Counted from the stretch's first letter, positions 24,940-39,264 are shown. The stretch is DNA of 64,000 nucleotides from Bigelowiella natans CCMP2755 (GCA_000320545.1 ADNK01000140.1:124001-188000), one strand, 5' to 3'. Numbers and translations: made by a program. The notes: generated by a model not told the origin, from the sequence alone.

Positions 24940-25682
24940 ACGTACTACATTTCTGGTTCATTATGAGTTTAGTCGATGAGAGTAAGTGACATACGACACA
25001 CTGTGTCACAGAAAAGCATACTATGTACCATAGTGGTTCCCACAATGCCTCCATGTGTTCGTTCTACATGCACAGATTTCACATTAAGTCTTCTTCTTCA
25101 TTCCACATCATCGCATGCAATTCTCTCGCATTGCATTGCATATCATGGCAGTGACCTACTGCTAATTTGTTTTGCGCTGCTTAAACATTATCGCAGCCAG
25201 GATAATCATCAGACCGACTGGAAATATGCATGGAGCACATACACGTATGATGTTCACTGCACATATGGCTATGGATTTTGTGATATGTACAAGAATGAAT
25301 GTGTCGTGCATTGATGTATGTAGTGGTAACTGAGCAATGGCGCGCCAAAAAATTTTTTTTTCGCAGCTTATTACGAACATAATAAACGCACGAGATGGCA
25401 TAAGCGCGTCGATGCATCATTGCATCGTATGCCACTGTTGACATTCAATGGTGCATCTGCATGTAACTATGTGGCATCACGCGATGCGTTATGCCCGTGC
25501 AGCATGCAGAAGCCTGGGATACTTCCTTTTCTGATCCATAATTCACGCCATGTTGTGCCAGAATACAAATATATCACACAGCGCGATTTCTTAATGACAA
25601 GTTATCGACATCGCGTGAAAACCATGCATAAATTTGAGTCAGTGCCGTTAACCTTGTCAACAGACCGTGTGCATTATAGCTG

Positions 25683-26276
25683 CTACTGTGGGAAAAAACT
25701 TCTTCTCGACTGCGGGGTTATCTCACCATCTAAAGATTTACGATTTGCTGCTGTGAGTAGTCCTGTGGATGCTGGGCTTCCAGTTAGGTATCTACACATG
25801 TGAAATTGCAGCGATCATTACGGAATTACATTTCACCTGATAGTTACCTATCTCTACTAGTTACAGGAAAAATCGTATAAGTGATCTGCATGAGTAACCT
25901 TCTACTTTCTGGAATAGTTCCTTTGTAAATTCCGTCCTTCCATGTTGCGGCAAACTCTTTAGCTTGTGCCGGGAATGCTGCATCTGTAGAGGTTTGTATT
26001 GTTTAAAATTCGAATGATCACACTTGAAATGAAAAATGAATGCCAAAATAATTTAGAAATGATAATCTCTGATACATACATGCTGGTGGGATTGGTAGTT
26101 TTTCCGTGACTCGAGCAGTTGTATTGTGACGGGGCAACAATAAATCTATGGGACCTGAAATAGGACACAGTTGTGTAAAATGATCAGTTCAAACCTATCT
26201 AAGATGTCTTACTCGACGCGGTCATTCCAACGATTAAGACGAGGAGGACCGAAGACGTCCTCCCTAAGAAATCCAT
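25683..26276 (-). CDS. Small hypothetical secreted protein, multi-exon
   Basis: MDFLGRTSSVLLVLIVGMTAS signal-like first exon with gtaaga donor. Phase-compatible downstream exons (SPIDLLLPR..., YAAFPAQAKEFAATWKDG...). No family recognised. Confidence 0.4.
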
Positions 26277-26889
26277 TTTATAGTTCACAGGTCTCGGTCT
26301 GTAACAGGTTTTGCAAATCATTCATCCATTCTGTTAATTTGAAAGGTGCGCTGACATTATTCAAATTGCAGCCCTCAACAGCGACATAGCTTTTTGCGTT
26401 GTCGTAGCTTCTTACCCCTTGGTCATCACTTATCATTTTTGCCAAAATCGTTCCTATGTCGCACGATGAAAGCGCAGTGATAAATTCCACAATCGAGTTT
26501 TCTAACGAATATGCTTCGAATCTTCTGTTGGAAGCATGTCAACGCTTCCAGGCAAAGTAATTTCATGTCCTAAGTTACTGGAACGACATCTTCTCAGCCC
26601 CGAAATTACATAGAAACAGCGACATTACACGATTTTAACAGCCATTGGTCTTAAATTTTCCCGCACTTCGCGACTTCCGTACAAAGCCACATGTGCTCAA
26701 TGAATATACGAGTATTAAAAATAATATATTATTAGGAAATATTTCATGTATTACTTCAATACGACATGTATAAATTATTGACGTTCATTCATATATCTGG
26801 ATTCAACCCTGCTCATGTGAGATGTTTCAGCATTAACTAATTCTCCTTCCAAACCTCGCATTCAAGGGATCCTTCAGCTAAACATGTAG

Positions 26890-27689
26890 GCTTTCATTCG
26901 TGGAGGTAGAGGAGAATAATGAGTGCATATTTTGGTTGATTTCTAATTAGGTCCAAAAAAAATCCACAAGCAGAATTTAAGGTGGTCGACACTGTACAAA
27001 ATTTTACTTGCCGCTGTACTAACTCGAAGCTTTCTTCCTTAGACCAGTATGGGAACTTTCACAGTAGAGTTCTTCGCTGACAAGGTACAACAATTTGCCC
27101 AACACGTGTCTGTTAGATCTCAAATGTAGACTCTCGTACATTCTCCAGATGCCATACACTTGCGCTGCTATCATTGATTTGATCGAGAAAAAGTACTACG
27201 ATGGCCTCCATTTCCACCGTAAGCAAACTATCTGACTGTGTGAGACATTCGTTAAGAATCTTCCTTTAAGGTGTCATCAAAAACTTCATGCTCCAATTCG
27301 GATGTCCAAAGAGTAAGGATCCGAAGTCTCCATACGCCGGAACCGGTGGGCCAGCTCCTAACTCCGAATTCAAAGGCTTCGACGGCAAGACCTATTCTAG
27401 GGATTCCGGTGGGAACATTCAAGATGAACACACTGCCCAAATCAGTAACAAGCCATACACCCTTTCCATGGCTAACACGGGACAAAAAAATTCTGGAGGA
27501 TCTCAATTTTTCATCAATTCTGTTCACAATGCATACCTGGACTGGTTCTCCGCTGGAAAATCCCAGCACCCAGTGTTCGCTCACGTAATCAAAGGCAAGG
27601 ATGTCATCGATAAGATTGGTAATGTCCAGACCAACCAACGCGACGGACCCAGTACTCCTGTGAAAATGGTCAGCGTCACTATGCTTTAA
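26890..27689 (+). CDS. Cyclophilin-type peptidyl-prolyl isomerase, multi-exon (5' boundary uncertain)
   Basis: Exons TSMGTFTVEFFADK, MPYTC..YYDGLHFHR, VIKNFMLQFGCP...GTGGP...TLSMANTG..SGGSQFFIN...LDW...HPVF. Confidence 0.93.
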
Positions 27690-28606
27690 GGAAGGACGGC
27701 AAAAATCAATTGTCTGTCTCCTCCGACGAACACATAGACGACAAAGAGATACCAAGTCTGATGTAATCCTAAGCAACACATGAGGCATTCGTCGAAATTT
27801 TGGAATCGAGAATGACGCAATTTGTCGTTGCATTGTGCTTCATCACATCGCATCTCGATCAAAGCTCTGAAATGTGAACGTGCGATTATGAGCACATCTT
27901 GACATGCATGCTAGCATGCATACACTAGTGCATGTTATTTGCACCTAGCTTTAGACACAGCCACAACTGTGCATCGCATCATCATCGCATTCTAACATTG
28001 GATAGCTTGACAGTCTAGCAGTACTTGCATCACATACATAGCTAGCTAGACAGATGAGATGTGATTGCGGTCATCACGCATTCGGGACGAAGACACAATC
28101 CAGAACGCTGCGCAAGCTAGTTGCATCAGGCAGGACAGACTAGCAGAGGACATGCACGTGCTAGCGTGCTAGCGTGGCAAATGCATGCATGCTAGCATGG
28201 CAGACACGTGCACCGCCACACGTGAAACAAACAACATTACGACTAGATTGGTCCGACATCACTGTGCTAGTGTGGTCTATCTAGTGGTTCAAGTTTGCAC
28301 ACAGCAGTAGACTAGTTGACAATGTGCTGGCATAGATGTGCCACAACGAATGACCCAGTCTAGCAGTGTGTCTAGATGATGTGTGAATGCTCTGGTGCAT
28401 AGCATGTACAATTGTATGTGCATTGGAAAGAGGAAAGCACATTTGACTTTGACATGCATCCTTTCTCGGGCACATGGTCATGACAAATTGCACCACAATA
28501 ATGTCCAGACGGTCAGTGTAGGCTACATATGAATGATATTACCTCAAGCTTTGTGCATACTGTGCAGATCAGGGCACGCGCTGTGTTTTCGCTTAGCTTC
28601 ACTTGT

Positions 28607-29414
28607 TTACTTGTCATCCTCCTTTAGATCTTCTTTCCAGAATGAATTTTCGTCACCTTAACACAAAAGCATCGTTGTTTAATTTGGACTCAGTGGTTTA
28701 TGAAATAATTAGATGACATACATCAGTGCTATGTTTTACCTCCACTCTGCTGCTTTCTTTCATCATTCATTTGTTGCTGGCGGTTAATGACTATGCTCTG
28801 TAATCAACCAAACTGCTTATTTTAGAGCCTCATCAGGTCATAGATTGAACATGATGGTAGCAAATACTGTAAAACAATTGCTACAAAAAGCTCGAGGGTT
28901 ATATCTTCAATTACCCTTGTTGGAGAAGGTTTGACTAACCACTTGTTCATAATAAAGTCCAGGAGTCCACCATCAGCAGGCACAAGATCTTTGTCAGGCT
29001 CGTTGTAGTCTGGAACCATGCCTGGCTCTGTCTCTTTAGCATATTGACGGAATTCACGACGATGGGGAGTCACCATGCGTTTCTAAACAAAAATAACATC
29101 TGGCGGATTCCGGGTGGAACGAAGAAAATATCTACCTGACAAGGGACTACAGCGCGAAATCCTGTGCGAGGAGCCACGAATACACCATGTTGGAGCATTC
29201 CTTTGAAATGCAATTGTATTCTTACAAGTTGCTTGATAGTCGTTGTGCCATGAAACCATCGAAGACAATTACTTCCAATCTTACACTACATTAAATCGAT
29301 GATTTTGCGACCTTGGCTAGGCGTAGACAATGTAGCTATTGTGAATGCCATTGTTGCAATCACAAAAAATGTAAGAGACATCGTGACGTTCTTGGAAAGA
29401 TGCGAGGCAGCCAT
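28607..29414 (-). CDS. Small hypothetical protein with a bipartite organelle-targeting-like leader, multi-exon
   Basis: Hydrophobic N-terminus (SLTFFVIATMAFTIATL), an R/S-rich second exon, acidic later exons and a last exon DENSFWKEDLKEDDK*. GT-AG junctions. Confidence 0.5.
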
Positions 29415-30084
29415 GGGATTGCTTTTGTTTTCTGGCGGCAAGGGGCTTAAAAGAGCAACCCAACCGGTATGAGAGACAACCCACGAGAGGACTACAGCCG
29501 GTACTCCAACTTTGAAACTAAGCATGGCACGATTCCTTGTCTTTTACACAGATTGCTTGTCATCTCTCCAGAAATGCTAAATCTACGACAAGGATTTTTT
29601 CTGCATCGTCGACTTTTCTCTTTCAAGCTGCCAAAAATCCTTGCGGTATTGAGTTCGTCAAGACGCAAGCAAGAAACATGTTCCATTTGTCCATTTGTTC
29701 ACACGGATAAGTGGTACCACTGTGCTCTTTGCTCAACCTTTTGACCGCAGTTGAATGTTCGCTTTCTGTGTTTCGTGCTTTGCAAATGTCTTGTGACGTT
29801 TTAGAATTAGCCTGAAATGTGTCCAGTCGCAATATATTTATGCCCTTTTACTTCAATATAAATGTATTCACATATTTTACCAGATGACAAGACGTTACAG
29901 CTTTTTTACTGAGAGTACTGTTAGTACTACATGTAAATAAGTTATAAATAAGGGCGTCCGATAACTTTCCATTTCGATCCCCTCCTCGATAGCCTATGGC
30001 GTAGTTGATTCAGCGATCCCAAAAGGGGGTAGGCAATCAGACGGCTGCAGTTTGTGGCGGTCATTGCGCTGCTGAGAAGGAACT

Positions 30085-31621
30085 ATGGAACGCTTGGCTC
30101 AATTTTGTCCAATTGTAAGTGTGCGATGCTGTGTGCTGGTTTATTCCTGTATCTGCTCTTAGCTCTTACCCATGCGACCATTGTTTTGCTTAATAGAATG
30201 CTTGCGATTTGAGTTTTCGCCAAAATTTCCTTCTTGACGGCCGCAAAGAGAAGTTCATTTTCTGGGGTATGCTGGTATGCGCCCTTTTTCTGATATCGGG
30301 AAATCTTTACGTGAACGTTCTTACGATCCGAGAAGCGTATGACAACCCGGGCACCATCGTGAGCACTGAATTCATGGATAAATACCAAGATTTCGGCGTA
30401 CTTCTATGTATGCGTAGGATGGGATTTACCAGTGAGTGCCCCAATCCCGACCTGCCGTTTCCAAGCCCAGACGGGAACGTTTACATTGGTGCTTCACGAC
30501 AGATGATTCGTCTCAACACCACACGCACGGAAATCAACGTATTTGACAATATACCCACAATCGAAATGGAGAAGAGTTTTCCAGGGACAATGGGATTTCT
30601 CCTCAAAACGTGCTGGAAGTTGGATCCATTTTCCAGCTCAAAGGGGGCTCGCTACGAGCTATCGAAGGACTACAACAAGGTTCTTTTGACACCCGAAGTC
30701 CTACAGTTCAACCTCGGTTGGATAAATGGTAGCTCCAGATTCGAGCGCAATTCACCGTGTACGCGGATGTACCTCATCGCCTACAGCAATGGTGTAGAGA
30801 ACTTAGAGTCGAGGATGCTCGAAGAAGCGAACACAGCCGTCCCGGTAGATGGATGGAACACGCTCGTACAGAGCCAGCCGAAAGTGAAGAAAACGATAAA
30901 ACTAGATGGAACTGAAACCTATCGAATCCAGCTCGAAACGATGGCCGTTTCCTCGTTACAGGTAGAAACTAATAAGAAAAATGAGCGTTTCTCTTGTTCG
31001 GGCGTCTAAAGAGTTCCGAATGATTTCAGGTTAAGGATGAAATTCTTGGTAACGGGGAGGTGCGACAGGGGTACAAGAAGGATATGAAGTTTTCACTCAT
31101 GATGTTCAGCCCTGGGGGCTTCGATTGGCAAGTAGAGGTTGAGCATTCGCTCCTCCATTTATGTATGTCTTTATGCTCGAGTGTTTCGTTCCGATACATG
31201 GTATTTTTTTAATTGGCATTGCAACTTTCTCCCTCAGACACTGACAGAGAGGCTTACATACACGTGGATGGACTTTCTTTCGTCATTCTTTGCCTTCCTC
31301 ACAATCATCACCGGCATCATCGCTTGGGTTTTTCCCAGGGATCCTTACACGGGCAGAGTGTTCTTCCAGTTTGGTAACCGCAACGAAACGCTCAAGACGC
31401 ACTTTACCCAAGCTGTCCCTATGCTGAACAAGGACTGGGATCAAAGCGAATTTGTTGTGCAGCCTCTACAAAATATGATCAAGGGTAGAGTACACCGTAG
31501 AGTCCAGAGTATATCTAGAGACCAACGAGTAAACATCCGAAGCGGCGTGGGAAGTGTGAGATCGAGAGGAAGACAAGGACCTTCTGGAGGGTCTTTTAGC
31601 AGTTGTTCAGTGGTTCTGTGA
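30085..31621 (+). CDS. Two-TM membrane protein with a large extracellular loop, PAC/TMEM206 (ENaC-like topology) candidate
   Basis: MERLAQFCPI|gtaagt first exon. TM1 FIFWGMLVCALFLISGNLYVNVL, a beta-rich loop with Cys and N-glycosylation sequons, TM2 WMDFLSSFFAFLTIITGIIAWVFP. Confidence 0.75.
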
Positions 31622-33444
31622 CCAGAATCGCTGAGACATCGCGAGTGCCAGAGGCAGGCGTGACGATGCAATGAAAAGGGCTTGGTGAAGAGTAATCTTA
31701 GTTTTAACTACTTCCCCGACTGTCACCGGATCGAAATTTAGTTGTGATGTCGCATGTGTCACAAGATCAGATCCACATTGTCGTGATAAATATACAATTG
31801 GCTATCTAGCTCTCCCTAATCTCCACGTTGGCTACTGGAGGCCACATAGGCACACTAGCCTGGCCTAGTTATAGTGGCTAGTTGCTGGGCAAGTGGGTGT
31901 AATTGCCTCATCCTCTTTTTGCTAGCTACATTGTAGTTATAGTCAAGTCACGTTACATGCAGCACAGCACGACTCGTTCTAGCGCCTGCTTTGTCCCTCA
32001 CCATTGTGCGCTACCAGCTAGCCAATGCTGATCATTGCCAGCGAAACTGATTGCGCACTCAAGATGATGATGACGATGATGATGGCAATGATGTTGAACA
32101 TGGCAGTGATGGTGATGGTGGTGATGAGCGTCCACAAAAGCAGCTGACATTTTGATGAACGCAAGACACTTCGTGGAACATTGATCATGATGACCAACAA
32201 CGCTTTGTGTTTTTTCATACCTCCAGATGAACAGGTGAAGGTGGTGATTGACCGCACCTCCTAAACGTTGCAAGACGTTTGCGTCGCACAACAGAAACAA
32301 CGACAATGAACTGCGTTTCCAAAACGTCTTGAACTAGCTTCAGTGAGGACTGACTGGTGAAACCAACATGATTTCAAAATTGGCATTCTGACCATTGTGG
32401 AAGTGGAGCTATGAAGGCCATGCTAGCATGTTCGTGCACGCGCGTGCGAACACATGCAGTCAGCACACACGTTCTTCGTTCTCACTACGTGCACACGTTC
32501 TTACACCCACAGCTGCACCAAATCAGCACACATGTTCTGTCACTTCTATGTGCACTTGCAGCACACGTGCTCCACACGTGCACACGTTGGAAAGCAAAGC
32601 GTCGTGAAAGAAGTTGCAGAGTAGGGCGCGCGCAGCGGAAAGTCGCGGCCACTAACGTGATCTAGTGATGTGCAATAGCCGCTTGGGCGTGCATGGCGTG
32701 GCGCAGCTAGGCAGCGGCGCTGTTGGGTCCTCATGTCCTTCGTGTGACCTGCTTGACTGCAGCGCTGTGCGTAACAAATGGGAATCGTGGGCAGTGTTTT
32801 GTTGTTTGGTGCAGTGAACGCATGCACGTGGTCGCTTCGATCGTGAGCCGCATGCACGCGTGCAACAATGGCGACAGTGATGAGCCCCAAAGCTGGAAAG
32901 CTAGAAAGCTGAAAGCGCCAGACTGGCAGGTCAGAGCCCGCGATCGATCAGGCGGCCGACGACCACACCATTGAACTTCCTCCCCTGTTGTGCACGCACA
33001 CGTGCGTGCACAACACGCATGGCAAGGTCCACACTCAGATGTCTCTGGACGTGGGCGACTGCTAGACTGACTGGGCACAACACGTACTGTGCATTTGCAA
33101 TTTCATAGCATTGTGCTTGTGCTGTGTGCACTTTTTGTTGACACTCTTGCATGTGTTGGTCACACGTGCAGCACACATGACTTGATTAGTTGAAGGTGAC
33201 ATTGCATGACCGCAGGCGTCCAGAGCCTGCATGCTGGCATGGCATGCATGACATGTCTAGCATGTCTAGATGCCTAGATCTAGAGATAGATGCATGTACA
33301 TGCATGTGACATGCGCTGGGTCTAGAGGTCTCTAGACATTGCTAGACTGGTCTGGCAGTCTGTTGGTGGTGCATGCCATGATGCCGCGCGCAGTGATTTG
33401 ATGACAGGCAGTTACACAATGATGTCTTGACTTTGCATGCGAAT

Positions 33445-35319
33445 CTATTCGCGCCTTTCTTTTTGAATTTTTTCTAGTTCCTCCCTAACTTCTTTCGGAG
33501 CGCCTCGCTCCTGGCCAGAGCCCCAGTCTAGCCATCGTGCAGCTCCTTGAATCTTCAGACCTAGGTTCGGCACACACTAGACTTTAGACTAAATGTAGCT
33601 TCAGGTTGCCACAGTCGAAAACATTGTGCAAATTTCTTTGTGTGTGACTATTACTGGCCCTCTTCGGTTCAAATATCTCTGTAATTACCCGATTCTCTGG
33701 CACTCTCTTCATCAATAGCAAGGAAAGCATAAGCGTACGATGCGGCGATGGCTACAACGTTTGCCAGCCTAACGTGTAAAATGTGCAACATTCTATTATT
33801 GTCCTTTACTCATTCGTTCGGATGATGTACCAAATCAAGCCAGGATCTTTAGCTACAAATGGAATGGCGATGTTAAGCACCGGTGTCAGAAGGAAGGCTA
33901 TGTTCAGAGCCTTGCAAATAAAAGATCACAGATAAAATTATCATTAGGGGAAGAACAATTAATATTCTTCTTTACCTCTTTTTCAACTGGAGCAGGCTTA
34001 CGTGCTCGGAGTGATGGAATCGTGAACAACCAGATTGTCCAAAATCCTATCAATCCCGTCATAAAGAGAAACATGAAATAGTTTTGCGGGTTGTATTTCA
34101 TACATTCGCTCACCTAAAGCCTGTGCTGATACCGGTAAATCAGGATATCCAGGAAAATGATTCGTTGCTAACATGCCTACATCCGAGATAAATGAATGGA
34201 ATAAACTACCATCAGCTTCTAACGATATCGACGTAAACAGTTGCATATCTGCACACCATTTGTTGAAATTCCAAAAACACACCACACTAACATACACATA
34301 TGGTTTGATTATTTATTTGTAATTGTAGTTGTAGCATCTTCAGCAGCAGCAGCAGCAACAACAACAACAAAAGAAGCAGTAATGGTAGTAATTATTTTTT
34401 TGATTATAATGGAGAGGTAATCATGATGCTGGCGCGTTTCACCAATGTTGGTGCATGTCCAATCAAAATCGGAAAATAGTGTAAGCGTACAACCGGAGAT
34501 GCCAATGGATAGTAGAGATTGAATGAGGAAGACTTGTTTAAGTTCTTCACGCATAACACTCCGTTTCTCAATCGCAAGCTAAGTAGTAATGGCTTTGTCA
34601 ATCACGTTGAAAGCTGCAGTAGTATCCAGCTCAATCTAATACCTTTGCTAAAGCAGTTTCAAGTTCCTCCTGCAGCAATGCTCTTGTTGACATGTCATCT
34701 ACATTCGCAATCTATTTTGAATCATTTCAAAATATAAGCAATCGTAAATAAGAAGATACCAGTAATCAACTTACTTGTTCCGTCTTTTCAGCAACTTCTT
34801 TGTATAAGCGAATGGCCTGAAACCATCTAAAGTTACCACAAGTAATCTGGATGTTTTGCAATTTTTCACCTTCATGGGGCTCATGAGTTGCTCCAGGTCA
34901 ACTCCTTGCTCTTCCATCACCTCTGAATCGTTTGATAATAAGTAATGGATCTGCATCACCGTATAAAATCACGTGTAATCATACCTTCAGCAAGTTGTCT
35001 TGCGTAGAACTGATCTTGATCTTGTTCCTCGTTTTCTGCAGCCATCATTGATAATCTCGGTACTCTTCGTCTAGTGTTCCTTTAAAATGATCATTCTAAG
35101 ATGAATGATGCGATCATTTTTCGGTGTACAATAGTACCTTAACTGGCCTGGAGCAAAACTAGCAAGGTTTGGTGCCCGTAACGGAATTCGATCGGAATTG
35201 CGACGAAAGTTCCTGACTGGTAAGAATTTGGAAGCTTCCCTGCTTCTGGCTTTGGTTACTGTTATGAGTGTTGAGCTTGCGAGCAGAAGCATCACTCCTC
35301 CATAGTATTTTCCAATCAT
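33445..35319 (-). CDS. Uncharacterised multi-pass membrane protein, probably plastid-targeted, multi-exon
   Basis: Leader MIGKYYGGVMLLLASSTLITVT followed by an R-rich transit-like segment. Exons EEQGVDLEQLM, VFLIQSLLSIGISG, GFWTIWLFTIPSLRARKP, ALNIAFLLTPVLNIAIPF and C-terminal WLDWGSGQERG. Confidence 0.75.
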
Positions 35320-35771
35320 CGTCTCCGACGTGTGACTCGATCTGACGACGCAATTTGGACCCAAACTTTAATTGTTTTCATATAGATGATGGCACAATCA
35401 TTCATTGGATTTCTCCACTTACAAGTAAATCATCAGGGTTTCGAAAACATGTCCCATTTGATCATCAGAGTCAGATAAATTTACTTTCCGATCGGTACGA
35501 GGGGGGTACGAAGTCAGCCCGAATGACGTTCTCTATGATCGTCTGTTGTCGTAGTGAATAAATACCATGTGTTTTGGAAAAATATCTTTACGATATTTCT
35601 CAATGTGAAAATGCACTCGAATTTTATTCTACGACATTAAAACTGACGGTGACGCAACAAAAAAAACGTATGAAGTTTGCAATTTTATGCATGTGAAAAG
35701 AGCAAGCGACGTGATCATTTGGTTGTCGTATTCCATAAATAGCACACAAAAGATGTACGGTTTCCAAACGA

Positions 35772-38363
35772 ATGGACGGTCGGCAGGCTTCCCTTCTCCT
35801 TTGCAGTAGTATGGCTCTGTTTGCCTCCTACTCATTATCTGGCACAACACTTCGTGCACCCATTCGGAGAACCATTACAAGAAATGCGCGAAATCCTCAG
35901 ACAAGACTAATTTCCGCATTGAGGTTGACTGGACCCTGCCGAGCACAAGCACGGTGTCGGCGTAGCATTCCTCTCGTAAAATGTTCCACCTCTGCAACGA
36001 CGACTGTTGACAGCATCCTCCAAACGGCAGACGATTTTCCAATGCTGATTGACGGTGAACGACCTCTGATCATATATTGTGAGTTACCGGTGGGTAGCCC
36101 TGACCGATGATGTGCATATGAATGTACGACGTATTCATTAGGAAAGCTTAGAACTAAGGGCTCCGCCGGAGTATCACCGGTTATCAATCCTGCGACTGAG
36201 GAGCCCTTTGCCTATGCACCCTCTGCTAGTATCGATGACCTTAACGACGCCGTGATGGCTGCTAAAGGCGCGTTCTCTTCCTGGAGTACTCTAGACTACG
36301 AAAGCAAGGTCGCTTATTTGGAGAGATTCGCCTTAGAGGTAAAGAAAGACGCAGAGAATATCGCAACAATTCTCACGAAGGAACAGGGTAAACCATACGC
36401 ATCTGCACTGGGCGAAATTAAAGCTTCGGCAGATCGCATTGCGACAGTTAGCGCTCTCGGGCCATTAGAAGCGGAGGTGTTACACGAAGATGAGAAAACA
36501 CGAACCGAAGTGCATCGAGTGCCTCGGGGAGTAGTCGCAGCTATTACTCCATGGTTTGTCATTATTAATCAATAAATAAATTCTGAATGTGATGCTATTT
36601 TCACTCATTATCCAACACAGATGATCTCATGTATACTTGCCACATCAGGAATTTTCCTGTGTTGATTGCTGCTTCGAAAGCAGCCTCGGCATTGCTGTCC
36701 GGCAACACAGTTGTTATCAAACCCTCACCGTTCACTCCATTGTCTACTCTTGCTCTCGGTAAGGCTGCAGAACGGGCAGACCTCCCTCCAGGTGTCATCA
36801 ACATTGTCTCTGGGGGAGACGACCTTGGAAAGGTTTTCAATGTCTTTGGTGGTCGCAATATGCATGCATGCATGCATGCATGTGTGTGTGTGTAATCTTT
36901 TTGGACTTAAACGGCATCGTAATTGCACGAGTATGTCATCAGGCCCTTGCTGAGCACAAAGATGTGAGACACATCAGCTTCACAGGATCCGTTGCTACCG
37001 GGAAGAAAGTTATGGCGACTGCAGCAGCTGGATTAAAGAGAGTGACTCTTGAGCTCGGCGGTAATGATGCGGCCATTGTACTGGAAGACGTTGACATCGG
37101 ACCTGCGGTAAGTAACCAGCGTAACAACTGCCGCACTGGTATTTGAAATGTAGATTATTCACAGTGAGGTTTTGGAGTTCTAAGTGCAGCAAAAGTGCTC
37201 GTGCAGCATGCATGTTGTTGAAAAATGTGTTGTCGTTTGTGCTAATGATTGTTCGAGAATCAATCATACACAATATGATGATGATGATGATGATGACGGC
37301 AGAGCCGCAAAATCTTCCAAGCAAGCATGGCAAATACAGGCCAGGTACCATTATCTTTAATCTTGTAGTCTAGTAACAACTCCAATGGAAGAGTTCTGGC
37401 TGTTGACTCATAGGTTTGCACCGCAATCAAACGATTGTACGTGCACGAAAAAGTCTTTGATCCTCTCGTGGAAGCACTGGTACGACATCATATTCAATTG
37501 TACAAAATTCCCTCCGATTATAATATCTGCGGATGTGTGATACTAACATCCAAGGTCGCACATGCGAAGAACGCAACGGTCGGTGATGGGCTTACGAAAG
37601 GTGCTTCATATTGTCATTTAAACTCAACCAGATACTCTTAGATTGCGTGCATTGCAAGAAGCAACGACTGCTTCACTACGGTAACCACAACTAACTACCG
37701 CGACATTCCTTTTCCTCCCCCTCTTCGTCGTTCTTCTCCTCTCCCCACGACAGGGGTAACACACGGTCCTCTAAATAACAAGATGCAGTACAATATCGTC
37801 ACAGGGCTCCTCGATGATGCCAAACAACAAGGTGATGATGGGGGTTCTGGGGGGGGTATACTTACCAATCAAGAATCGAAGTACGAGCAGCATGGATATA
37901 TATGTAATGCATGCATGCGTTGTATATCGTCCTAGGTGCGAAGGTGCTTTGTGGGGGCGAGGCACCAGAAGGGCCCGGTTACTTCTTTCCTCCGACACTC
38001 GTCACCGATGTGAAGGTGGGCTGATTAGCTGCTGCTGCTGCTGCTGCTGCTGCCTCATCTTAAGAACGACGTGTGCCCCTGGAACGAAGACGACGATGAT
38101 GTCTAATGCACAAATTTGAGAAGTGAAAAGTCGCGAAGATTGAAAATATCAACTGAATTACGATAATGACTATCATCTTCTCCAACGTGACTAGGAAGGG
38201 GTTCGCTTGGTCGATGAGGAGCAGTTTGGCCCTGTGTTACCTGTCATTCCCTTTACGGGTAGACAACAAGAAGAAGAACAAGAAATATCAATGATATGAT
38301 GAAAGTCTCTATCTCTTCTTCATTCCTGATTCGAACCGCTTATTATTACTGCCATTTCTAGCC

Positions 38364-38394
<31 letters not shown>

Positions 38395-39264
38395 CATTTA
38401 TCATTATTATTCTTTTGTCACAACCACCACCACCACCACCACTACTACTACTACTACCACTATTACCCTCCTCCCTCCCCCCTCTCCTCCTACTTCTATT
38501 ACTAATTCTACGGCTAACGCCCTGCAGACGTGGATGATGCTGTCACCCGTGCCAACGCATCGCCGTTCGGGTTAGGTGGGTCCGTATGGACGCGTGATTC
38601 TGAGAAAGGGGCCCAAATTGCAGCGAGGCTCGAGACCGGAGTTACGTGGGTAAGTGCGAGGACACATGAAGAAAAACAAGGAGGACAGCAAAAAACAAGC
38701 ACCCTAACCAAAAAATATAACTCAAACATGAAACGACGATCACGACGATATATGGCGTTGATTGAAAGGTGAATGCTCATATCACTGGCGACTTTGCTGG
38801 CAAACCGCCCCCTTTTGGAGGCGCGAAGATGAGCGGGTAGCTTGTTCCATGCACGCACGTTTTCCTTAGTTCATTTCGCGTCGTTTGTTTGTGTGTGGGG
38901 AGGAGCAATGAGCACATACGTCCTGCAAAAAGACGCCTTCCATCTAAATGCTACACGCGTTTTAATTTATTTTACATTATGTGTAAGTGTGTGTATCTGT
39001 GTGCGACATGCAGGGTCATTAGTGGATGTCCACTCGCGCTCTTATGTGAGCATGCATGCATTGTATATGTATATAAAGACACACACACACACACACACAC
39101 ACGAACGGACATAGTGTATATATCGATCAAATTATTGTCAATAACAATAGTATCTGCTGTTGGGTTGAATGGCACTTATATTCAGGATTGGAAGGGAACA
39201 TGGACGGGCTGGTCTTGAAGAATATACAGATTTGAAAACTATCAGAGTTGCGAAGAAGCTATGA
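35772..39264 (+). CDS. Aldehyde dehydrogenase with a plastid-type bipartite leader, multi-exon
   Basis: [50 protein letters not shown] (catalytic Glu), NTGQVCTAIKR (catalytic Cys), [30 protein letters not shown]. Stop TGA at 39262-39264. Confidence 0.95.

Noticed and set aside
31998-32306. His-rich ORF (HHHHHHHCHVQHHCHHH) as a metal-binding peptide
   Set aside because: It is a translation of a degenerate (GAT/GGT)n microsatellite in a TA-poor spacer.
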